From Candidatus Marinamargulisbacteria bacterium SCGC AAA071-K20 (GTDB lineage: Bacteria; Margulisbacteria; Marinamargulisbacteria; GCA-2716485; AAA071-K20), in assembly GCA_003265975.1 (NCBI GenBank), contig QFBU01000002.1, positions 3,661 to 67,660 of the forward strand: 64,000 bases of DNA. Direction: 5' to 3'. A program made the position numbers and the translations under genes. The notes beneath the pieces are model-generated. The model was not told the DNA's origin, did not search any database, and saw only the letters and a list, made by a program, of their open reading frames with translations. Below, piece after piece: positions 56,564-64,000 of this stretch (positions are counted from its first letter, which is position 1; each line of letters begins with the position of its first letter).

Positions 56564-58354
56564 ATGGCTAAAATGAGAAATTTTTGTATAATCGCCCACA
56601 TTGACCACGGTAAATCTACCTTGTCAGATAGACTGATCCAAGAAACAAACACAGTCGCCGACAGAGACATGAAAGACCAGCTTCTAGACACCATGGACAT
56701 TGAACGAGAGCGTGGTATTACCATTAAAATGCAAGCAGTTCGAATGGACTACAAGGCCAAAGACGGCGAAACATACATCTTAAATTTGATAGATACCCCT
56801 GGCCATGTTGACTTTAGCTACGAAGTATCTCGCTCACTTAACGCATGTGAAGGAGCACTCCTACTAGTAGACGCTGCTCAGGGCATTGAAGCTCAAACAC
56901 TAGCCAATTTTTATCTGGCGCTTGAACACGATCTGGAAATTATCCCAGTAATCAATAAAATTGACTTGCCTAACGCTGATGTTAAAAAGGTATCTGAAGA
57001 AATTGAACAGGTATTAGGAATCCCAGCAAATGAATGTATTTTGTCTAGTGCTAAGAATGGAATTGGAATGGAAGATATTCTTGAAGCAGTAATTAAAAAA
57101 GTGCCTGCACCAAAATTGTCAGATAATGATGTACTAAAAGCACTTATCTACGACGCTCATTATGACTCATACCGAGGTGTAATAAGTTATGTTCGTGTAA
57201 AAAGTGGATCCATAAAAAAAGGGCAACGCATTAAAATGATGTCCTTTGACAAGTCTATTGAAGTTTTAGAATGTGGTGTTTTTCGTCCTAAAATGACGCC
57301 ACAACCTGAACTTAAAGATGGTTCTGTTGGATACGTAATATCTAGTATTAAAAATGTATCCGAAGCTAGGGTAGGAGACACTATTACAGACGCAGTTCGT
57401 CCTGCTACTGAACCGTTACCTGGGTACAAAGAAGCCAAGCCTATGGTTTATTGTGGCTTTTACCCAATAGACACAGACCTACACATTGAACTAAAAGATG
57501 CACTAGAAAAATTAAAGCTCAATGATGCCTCCTTACAATATGTTCCAGAATCATCTGCAGCATTGGGAAATGGTTTCAGATGTGGATTTTTAGGCTTACT
57601 TCATATGGAAATTATCCAAGAACGTATAGAACGAGAATTTAATATAGATATCGTTGTAACTAGCCCAAACGTAACTTATAAAGTAACAAAAACAAACGGT
57701 GAAGAATTAGAAATCGACAGTCCTAGCCAGTTTCCAGATGCATCAGAAATTGAAATTTCTTACGAGCCTTATGTTGGTCTTTCGGTAATTATGCCAAATG
57801 ACTATATTGGTGTTGTAATGAAATTAGGCCAAGAGCATAGAGCCGAATACAAAAAGACAGAATATATTGATGCCGACAGACAAATGATAACCTTTTCTGT
57901 GCCTCTTAATGAACTAATGCTTCAATTCTTTGATAAATTAAAATCGGGTACTAAAGGGTATGCCAGTATGGATTATTGGTTTGAAGACTATCGCGCATCA
58001 AAACTAGTTAAAGTAAATATGATGATTAATTTAGAGCCTATTGATGCGTTATCGTTTATAGCGCATGTCGACAAGGCACCTATGTTTGGTCGGCAAATTG
58101 CTAAAAAATTAAAAGAAGTTATTCCTCGTCAAATGTTTGAAGTGGCTATTCAGGGGGCTATAGGCGGGAAAATTATTTGTAGAGAATCGATAGGGGCGCT
58201 TAGAAAAAACGTAACGGCAAAGTGTTATGGTGGCGATATTTCACGTAAAAGAAAACTTCTTGAAAAACAAAAAGAAGGTAAAAAGAAAATGAAACAATTG
58301 GGTTCTGTAAGTGTTCCCAAAGACGCCTTTTTGTCAATTTTAAAACTGGATTAA
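56564..58354 (+). CDS. lepA: Translation elongation factor 4
   Basis: [33 protein letters not shown], and the LepA-specific C-terminal region ...[26 protein letters not shown]. Confidence 0.96.
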   Translation: MAKMRNFCIIAHIDHGKSTLSDRLIQETNTVADRDMKDQLLDTMDIERERGITIKMQAVRMDYKAKDGETYILNLIDTPGHVDFSYEVSRSLNACEGALLLVDAAQGIEAQTLANFYLALEHDLEIIPVINKIDLPNADVKKVSEEIEQVLGIPANECILSSAKNGIGMEDILEAVIKKVPAPKLSDNDVLKALIYDAHYDSYRGVISYVRVKSGSIKKGQRIKMMSFDKSIEVLECGVFRPKMTPQPELKDGSVGYVISSIKNVSEARVGDTITDAVRPATEPLPGYKEAKPMVYCGFYPIDTDLHIELKDALEKLKLNDASLQYVPESSAALGNGFRCGFLGLLHMEIIQERIEREFNIDIVVTSPNVTYKVTKTNGEELEIDSPSQFPDASEIEISYEPYVGLSVIMPNDYIGVVMKLGQEHRAEYKKTEYIDADRQMITFSVPLNELMLQFFDKLKSGTKGYASMDYWFEDYRASKLVKVNMMINLEPIDALSFIAHVDKAPMFGRQIAKKLKEVIPRQMFEVAIQGAIGGKIICRESIGALRKNVTAKCYGGDISRKRKLLEKQKEGKKKMKQLGSVSVPKDAFLSILKLD

Positions 58355-58356
58355 TT

Positions 58357-59730
58357 GTGACTTCTGTTCAGCAGAAATATAAGTGTGATTTTAATTACCT
58401 CTCACTTTTGGAAAGTTTTTGTGATGACCCGTATCTAGTTTGTTTAGATAGTTCCAGTGATGATTCCAAATATAGTCAGTTTTCATATATCGCCTTTGAC
58501 CCATTTATGAAGATAGTGGTTGAAAACAAAACAACTAATATCATAAAAAAAAATCAATCCCCAGAGTCTTCACTAGAAAATCCATTTGACTTAATTAACA
58601 CCTATTTAAAAAAATATAATGACTCCTCTTTAATCCCTTTTACCGCAGGAGCCATTGGCTATTTTTCTTATGAAGCAGCGCAGTATTTAAACGACTTTAC
58701 AGTCAAAAACAGGTCATTGGATTGCCCGGAAATTAACCTCGGATTTTACGACAAAGTATTTGTGTTTGATCATAAAAAAAATGAGTTATTTTTGTATGTC
58801 ACCCAATTTTCTGAGCACTCATCCAACTTTGATATTAATGATTTTTTGTCAGATCTATCAATATCAAGTGCTAAGACTCAGCCTTATAAAATTGAGGCCA
58901 TAGAGTCAGAAACATCAAAAGAGTCATACTCCAAAAAAGTTAAAAGTATTAAGCAATACATTGAAAATGGCGATATATATCAAGCCAATTTAACCTGTAA
59001 ATATTCAGGGGCTTTTTCTGGATCAATCCTTGGCTTGTACAAGATCTTAAGAAAGGTGTCCCCAGCGCCGTATTCTGCCTTTTTAAACACTGGTTTTGGA
59101 TCCATACTATCAAGCTCGCCAGAACTACTTTTAAGCTTAGAAGGCTCAACCCTAACTACGCGACCTATTAAAGGAACAATTTCTCGCGGGAGTACATTCA
59201 ATGAAGATGAAAAGAATAAACAAACTCTAAAGTCATCACTAAAAGACAGGGCTGAACTATTAATGATAATAGACTTAGAACGAAATGATTTATCGAAGGT
59301 GTGTTGTACTGGTTCCGTTAAAGTTTCCGAACTAATGAGTTTAGAGTCATACAAATATTTACATCATTTAGTATCCACTATTTCTGGTCGTTTAAAGTCA
59401 GAGTTATCGCAGATTGATGCTTTTAAAGCCGTATTTCCGGGGGGATCAATAACAGGTGCCCCAAAAATTAGAGCGACTGAAATCATTCAAGATCTGGAAG
59501 AAACTAGTCGAAATAGTTATACTGGTTCAATAGGTTTTTTTAGTTTTGATGGTTCATTGAAATGTAACATTGCAATTAGGACCATGTATAAACATAATGA
59601 ATCGATAAACTTTCATGTAGGTGGTGGCATTGTAGCCGACTCAAATGTCGACTCAGAATGGCAAGAGACGATAACGAAAGCAGAGGGTATGTTAATTGCC
59701 CTTAAGCAAGCAGAAAGGACAAACCAATGA
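58357..59730 (+). CDS. pabB: Aminodeoxychorismate synthase component I (chorismate-binding enzyme family)
   Basis: GDIYQANL, SSSPELLL, RPIKGT, DRAELLMIIDLERNDL, PGGSITGAPK and GGGIVADS are chorismate-binding family motifs. It is called pabB rather than trpE because it overlaps a pabC-like gene. Confidence 0.82.
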   Translation: MTSVQQKYKCDFNYLSLLESFCDDPYLVCLDSSSDDSKYSQFSYIAFDPFMKIVVENKTTNIIKKNQSPESSLENPFDLINTYLKKYNDSSLIPFTAGAIGYFSYEAAQYLNDFTVKNRSLDCPEINLGFYDKVFVFDHKKNELFLYVTQFSEHSSNFDINDFLSDLSISSAKTQPYKIEAIESETSKESYSKKVKSIKQYIENGDIYQANLTCKYSGAFSGSILGLYKILRKVSPAPYSAFLNTGFGSILSSSPELLLSLEGSTLTTRPIKGTISRGSTFNEDEKNKQTLKSSLKDRAELLMIIDLERNDLSKVCCTGSVKVSELMSLESYKYLHHLVSTISGRLKSELSQIDAFKAVFPGGSITGAPKIRATEIIQDLEETSRNSYTGSIGFFSFDGSLKCNIAIRTMYKHNESINFHVGGGIVADSNVDSEWQETITKAEGMLIALKQAERTNQ

Positions 59731-60575
59731 GCGCAGTTTACCAAAAAATAGCAGTTAATTTAGAGGTTAAAGACAATACAGAGCTTTCATTTCCATTTTC
59801 AGATTTTGGATTTTTATACGGATACGGTTTATTTGAGAGTATACGTGTACAAAACGGGAAGCCTATTTTGTTACAAGAACATATTGCTCGTCTAAAACGT
59901 GGCGCAATAATTTTAGATATCCCTTTAGAGTATGACGCAGAGAAAATTTCTGATGTTGTCACAAAGCTAGTTAACGAAAATAATGTGGAAGACGCCATTC
60001 TTAATGTCTACCTTACGCCTGGCGATCGAGGTCCTGATCCGGCGAAACTTACCATTTCAAATCCTTTCTTTTTAATGGTATTACGTCAATGGCCTAGCTA
60101 TGACAAAAATAAAAAAGTAACTTTAGATGTTAGACAAGAATCCTTTCAAAAAACACAATTAGATCGTTTTAAGACTTTGTCTTGGATGAAAAATGTCTTG
60201 GAAAAAAATTTGGCGAGTACCGATCATGTCTTGTTATATGACAGGGAACAAAGGGTACTAGAAGCGGCTAATGCAAATGTGTTTTTTGTAAAAGGAAAGA
60301 CTCTTATTACTCCTAAATCAAATGTAGTATTAAATGGAATTACTCGTCAGTTCCTTATTGATCATGCCCGAGACTTTGACTCTGAAGTAATAATGCAAGA
60401 TGTATTTTTAGACGAATTGGTTAATTTTGATGAGATTTTCTTAACTAACTCTATTAGAGGGGTAATTCAAATTGGAGAAACAAAAACTTTTCCAAATTTG
60501 TCATCAAAGAGTGTAACTAAATCGATTCAAGATAAGTATTTCCAATTAACCACACCTAGTGTGTACTCGCATTGA
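59727..60575 (+). CDS. pabC: Aminodeoxychorismate lyase / class-IV aminotransferase fold
   Basis: FGFLYGYGLFESIRV, and ANVFFVKGKTLITP...LNGITR, follow the class-IV fold pattern. It overlaps pabB by 4 nt (ATGA). Confidence 0.78.
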   Translation: MSAVYQKIAVNLEVKDNTELSFPFSDFGFLYGYGLFESIRVQNGKPILLQEHIARLKRGAIILDIPLEYDAEKISDVVTKLVNENNVEDAILNVYLTPGDRGPDPAKLTISNPFFLMVLRQWPSYDKNKKVTLDVRQESFQKTQLDRFKTLSWMKNVLEKNLASTDHVLLYDREQRVLEAANANVFFVKGKTLITPKSNVVLNGITRQFLIDHARDFDSEVIMQDVFLDELVNFDEIFLTNSIRGVIQIGETKTFPNLSSKSVTKSIQDKYFQLTTPSVYSH

Positions 60576-60621
60576 TTTGGGAATTAATTTTAAGTAGGAT
60601 AAATAGTAGAGAGGGTCTCCA

Positions 60622-61881
60622 ATGGATGGAATAAATTTTGGAACAGGTTCAAAGCGAAATTCAAGTTCGCAAAATGTTAAGCCAAGCTCAAGTGTTGAAG
60701 AAGCTCAAGGTAGAAATACATTTTCTAAGTCAATTGACTCTGCCGAAAATGTAGCTCCTCCTAAGTCTATTGAAGCACCTGCCGCTGCAGAAAAAGCGGT
60801 TGAAACGCCTAAGATAGAAACAAAAGTAGAACCTTTAAGTGGTAAACACATCGTAGATATTTTATTTGACTTACAGCTCCCACCCACAAAAGAATTTAAA
60901 GACATTATCACTACAATGATTAAATATGGCATTCCAGCAACTGCCGAAGGTGTGGAAATTGTTAATACGCTTACTAAGGGCAAGAAGAAAGGGAGTTTGC
61001 TTGAATCTGCTGTTGTGTCTTTGTCTAAGGGTATTTCAGATAATGCTAAAAGTGTAGATTTACTCTCATCATTCTTTTCGTCCCAACTTCAGTTTTCGGA
61101 GCAATTGAGTGAATTGAGAGGAAGTATTTTAAGGTTTCAAAGTGGATTAGGGAAATTTAAGTCTCTATTTGATTCTGGTTTATTTTCAGGCCTCTCGTCA
61201 ATTGTGTCCGATTTAGATGAAGAACTTAAAAAGTTTAGTAAAAAGGGATCTAATAAGGGAGTTGAAATTAGCAGGTTTAGCAGGCAGGGCTTTCTTGCAG
61301 ATATGAAAGGAATGTTTGGTTTTTTGGCAGGGATTGGGAAGAAATTAGAACGCCAACACCCTACGTCTCAATTGTTTCAACAATTTAGAAATGAGCTTCA
61401 GGGATTTAGAAAATCAATTTCAGGAATGATAAATGCATTAGCTACTCAAGTAATACTCTCCAAATCTTCAAAATTTCATAATTTAGACGACTTCGCCTTT
61501 TTTCAGGTCCCTAACCCTTTAGCCACTGACCAATCTAAGAAGAATATAAATTTGTTGATACGAAAGAATAAAAAAGGAAAAGAGTCTAAAATTGACCCCG
61601 GTAAGACACGTATGGTTATTAAATTTGAAACTCCAGAATTAGGAGAAGTTGCTGTTGTTATTGATGTATCAGAAAAAAAGCTATGGTATACCTTCCAAAC
61701 AAAAGAGGGCAAAACCAAAAAATATATTATGTCTATGCAAAAGGACCTCATAGATCGCATGGAGACTTTGGACTATAACGTACAAGGAATTAAGACCTTA
61801 CTCAAAAAGTTAGATTTAAAGAGCTTATTATTACCTACATTAGACTTAGACAAACTGTCTAGAGTTCAGGCGGAAGCGTAA
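60622..61881 (+). CDS. FliK-like flagellar hook-length control protein (tentative)
   Basis: Disordered Ser/Pro/Ala-rich N-terminus. The C-terminal segment MVIKFETPELGEVAVVIDVSEKKLWYTFQTKEGKTKKYI resembles the Flg_hook domain (L.P..LG.V.V). It is followed 1 nt later by an FlhB-C-like gene. Confidence 0.5.
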   Translation: MDGINFGTGSKRNSSSQNVKPSSSVEEAQGRNTFSKSIDSAENVAPPKSIEAPAAAEKAVETPKIETKVEPLSGKHIVDILFDLQLPPTKEFKDIITTMIKYGIPATAEGVEIVNTLTKGKKKGSLLESAVVSLSKGISDNAKSVDLLSSFFSSQLQFSEQLSELRGSILRFQSGLGKFKSLFDSGLFSGLSSIVSDLDEELKKFSKKGSNKGVEISRFSRQGFLADMKGMFGFLAGIGKKLERQHPTSQLFQQFRNELQGFRKSISGMINALATQVILSKSSKFHNLDDFAFFQVPNPLATDQSKKNINLLIRKNKKGKESKIDPGKTRMVIKFETPELGEVAVVIDVSEKKLWYTFQTKEGKTKKYIMSMQKDLIDRMETLDYNVQGIKTLLKKLDLKSLLLPTLDLDKLSRVQAEA

Positions 61882-61882
61882 C

Positions 61883-62239
61883 ATGGCTAAAAAAAAGAAA
61901 ATAAATTTAAAACGAAATATAGATGATTTAGATCTTGAAAGTAAAAAATCCTTACGGGCTATTGCAGTTAAGTATGACGTTGAAAAAGGCACTGCTCCAA
62001 AAATTATAGCTACAGGTAAAGGGCGAATTGCTGAAAAAATACTAGAAGTAGCCGAAGAACATCGAATTCCATTTTATGAAGACCAAACGCTTTCTGACCT
62101 GTTAGAAAAGCTTGAGATTGACGACGAAATTCCTCCAGAACTATATACATTAGTTGCTGAAGTACTGGCATTTGTTTACCAATTAGACAAACTAGCTAAG
62201 AAACGTCAGCTTGTTAAAAAACGACAGAAAAAGAACTAA
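61883..62239 (+). CDS. FlhB C-terminal-domain homolog (EscU/YscU/HrcU-family small protein)
   Basis: RAIAVKYDVEKGTAPKIIATGKGRIAEKILEVAEEHRIPFYEDQTLSDLL matches the FlhB/YscU C-terminal domain pattern (A.AL.YD....AP.V.AKG.G..A..I...A....IP). The NPTH autocleavage region is absent. Confidence 0.8.
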   Translation: MAKKKKINLKRNIDDLDLESKKSLRAIAVKYDVEKGTAPKIIATGKGRIAEKILEVAEEHRIPFYEDQTLSDLLEKLEIDDEIPPELYTLVAEVLAFVYQLDKLAKKRQLVKKRQKKN

Positions 62240-62314
62240 TAACGGTTAAATAGAAAACCTGTCTTCATTTATTACTAGTAGGCGCTATGTTAGTATATAG
62301 ATTAGAGATCACCT

Positions 62315-63106
62315 ATGAAACGCCTATACATTGCACTTATCATAATGCTGTTTGCTACCAACAGCCTATATTCTTGGGAGGATTTCCAAGAAATTCAAGA
62401 TCCTGGAGTACGAACTACTCTTGACGGTCTACATGCCTATATTGTTCATTACCAAAATTGGCTTTTCTATACTATCAACACACATACACCGGGATATATA
62501 GAGACGGGTGTTTACAATACTCGGACAGTTGAAGGAAATACAGAAATTCGACCTTTTTTTAGGTGGAGAGCTGGTCCAGTAATAGAAACTGGCCGTGATC
62601 TTGATTTTTACTTAGATGCTGCAAGTCGTGGTTTTTTTGCCGTCCAAATGCCAACTAGTTTGGCTTATACTCGAGACGGTCGTTTTATCTTAGATTCTCA
62701 ACGACGTATGGTAACAATGTCAGGTAATTACCCTTTATTGGGTGAAAATGGCCATATTTATCTTCCAGAGGGCGAAAGTATATCTGTGTCACGTGCTGGT
62801 CTGATTTATGTAGACGGCGAGCCTATTGATCGAATGAAAATAGTTGTATTTAAACGAAAATCTGATATGACGTACGACAATATTGAGTCTCTCAATGGAT
62901 CATTTTTTGTGCTAACTCGTGAAATAGAAACGATATCAGGGCCTCAATATTATCTTATCAAGCAAGGAATGCTCGAAGAAAATAACGTATTAAAAGCCAT
63001 CACAGGTGACATTGGTATGGCCAAAAATTCTTATGATGCTACTGTCAAAACCGCTCACATGATTAACAAAGCCTTAGGTACAGCCGCCTCCATCGCAAAT
63101 CCTTAA
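62315..63106 (+). CDS. FlgF/FlgG-like flagellar rod-family protein with an N-terminal signal-peptide-like segment
   Basis: INTHTPGYIE (rod N-motif NxxT.GF), DLDFYLDAASRGFFAVQMPTSLAYTRDGRFILDSQRRMVTMSGNYPLLGENGHIYLP (the central FlgF/G pattern) and the C-terminal QGMLEENNVLKAITGDIGMAKNSYDATVKTAHMINKAL (rod C-domain). The N-terminus is MKRLYIALIIMLFATNSLYS-WEDF. Confidence 0.75.
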   Translation: MKRLYIALIIMLFATNSLYSWEDFQEIQDPGVRTTLDGLHAYIVHYQNWLFYTINTHTPGYIETGVYNTRTVEGNTEIRPFFRWRAGPVIETGRDLDFYLDAASRGFFAVQMPTSLAYTRDGRFILDSQRRMVTMSGNYPLLGENGHIYLPEGESISVSRAGLIYVDGEPIDRMKIVVFKRKSDMTYDNIESLNGSFFVLTREIETISGPQYYLIKQGMLEENNVLKAITGDIGMAKNSYDATVKTAHMINKALGTAASIANP

Positions 63107-63256
63107 TTTTTCCCTGGACAGCATTTTGTTTTTTTTGTAATTATTTGTTTTCTTTCTTGCTTAAATTGTTTGATTGTGTGAAGATATTAACTCCTATCTA
63201 TCGCACCTCCAATTAATACCTACACTTATTTTGCCTACGACATTGGAGATTATTCT

Positions 63257-64000
63257 TTGAACTTTTTTGTTCGTGTTTTTTTAATTTCACTTCTTTTTGT
63301 AGGTCCCTCTTTTGCATGGGACGATCATGAAGAAATTCAGGATGAAGCCATGAAAACTGTTTTGAACGGGCTTCATGCGTATATCGTTCATTATACTAAC
63401 TATATGTTCTATACAATCAATATCGGTACCCCCGGGTTTATGGAAACTGGTGTTTATAACTCCCGAACAGCTGACGGCAGGATAATTAATCGTCCCTTTT
63501 ATAGATGGAGACCAGGTCCCATTGTTACTACTGACCGTGATCTTGATTTTTACTTAGACGCAGCTGGTCGTGGCTTTTTTGTTGTTCAAATGCCAACGTC
63601 TTTAGCTTATACAAGAGATGGTCGATTTGTATTAGACTCTAAGAGGCGTCTAGTATCTATGTCTGGAGGGTATCCCGTATTAGGTCAAAATGGACAAATT
63701 TTTCTTCCAGAATATGAAGAGTTAGCGGTTTCTCGTGCAGGTCTGCTTTATGCAGATGGCGAGCCTATCGATAGAATTCAAGCGATTGTTTTTAATAGTA
63801 AAGCCGACATGACTTTTGATAATTTAGAAAGTTTAAATGGTTCTTTCTGGGTTCTTACAAAAGAAATCCCTTATTCCACCGATCCAAAAAATTTCATAAT
63901 AGTTCAAGGTATGCTTGAAGAGAATAACGTTCTTAAAGCGATCAACGGTGATATCGGCATGGCAAAAAATTCGTTTGATGCCACTATAAAATCTGGCCAC
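63257..64000 (+). CDS. Second FlgF/FlgG-like paralog with a signal-peptide-like N-terminus (3' end beyond the right window edge)
   Basis: Not in the track because it is open at the window edge. TTG 63257 has GGAG 8 nt upstream. My translation gives (M)NFFVRVFLISLLFVGPSFA-WDDHEEIQDEAMKTVLNGLHAYIVHYTNYMFYTINIGTPGFMETGVYNSR...DLDFYLDAAGRGFFVVQMPTSLAYTRDGRFVLDS...QGMLEENNVLKAINGDIGMAKNSFDATIKSGH. It is collinear with and clearly paralogous to 62315-63106. Confidence 0.75.
   Translation, partial: MNFFVRVFLISLLFVGPSFAWDDHEEIQDEAMKTVLNGLHAYIVHYTNYMFYTINIGTPGFMETGVYNSRTADGRIINRPFYRWRPGPIVTTDRDLDFYLDAAGRGFFVVQMPTSLAYTRDGRFVLDSKRRLVSMSGGYPVLGQNGQIFLPEYEELAVSRAGLLYADGEPIDRIQAIVFNSKADMTFDNLESLNGSFWVLTKEIPYSTDPKNFIIVQGMLEENNVLKAINGDIGMAKNSFDATIKSGH

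Noticed and set aside
63115-63130. TGGACAGCATTTTGTT upstream of the second FlgF/G-like gene, and AGGCGCTATGTTAGTA (62280-62295) upstream of the first, as sigma-54 promoters
   Set aside because: Both have GT instead of the near-invariant GC at -12. The first-gene candidate would leave almost no leader. An equally good match, AGGCAAGAACTTTGT, occurs upstream of def, showing that such partial matches arise by chance in this sequence.

Overview
AT-rich (mid-30s % GC by eye), tightly packed chromosomal segment from a diderm, flagellated, sigma-54-using bacterium. The lineage cannot be fixed without a database search. Gene content (TamB, LPS-heptose genes, flagellar rod/FliK genes, three sigma-54 enhancer-binding proteins, CdaA, partner-switching proteins) would fit a free-living or predatory Bdellovibrio-like/Oligoflexia-type organism, but that is a guess. 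I count about 70 protein genes and one tRNA-Arg(ACG). There is no rRNA, no CRISPR array, and no transposase, integrase or phage gene. Most of the window is housekeeping: thrC, purE, trxA, tsf, rpsB, ahcY, tgt, hemW, rpmE, prfA, prmC, ispE, pnp, rpsO, def, panD, lysA, cdaA, panB, cysS, hom, tsaB, sppA, gloA, hldA/hldC, lepA and pabBC. Many genes use TTG/GTG starts and overlap their neighbour by 1-11 nt. Several track ORF starts were moved to downstream ATGs with better Shine-Dalgarno sequences (thrC, pnp, cysS, hom, STAS and others). Two partial genes missing from the track were added by hand: a TamB-like gene at the left edge and a second FlgF/G-like gene at the right edge. Items worth a second look: (1) two tandem FlgF/FlgG-like rod-protein paralogs with Sec-type signal peptides; (2) an orphan 146-aa + 807-aa gene pair co-oriented with a multi-TM histidine kinase and facing a double-receiver regulator; (3) a compact sigma-54 module (bEBP, TGTATA repeats, near-consensus -24/-12 promoter, small secreted protein, hairpin); (4) unusual domain fusions (STAS-bEBP, MerR-DegV, OM-barrel-like domain fused to SppA); (5) a second translationally coupled orphan pair; (6) two decayed genes and a strong-SD 49-codon ORF next to the tRNA. 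All functional calls rest on motifs I recognise by eye. No homology search, structure prediction or statistics could be run.
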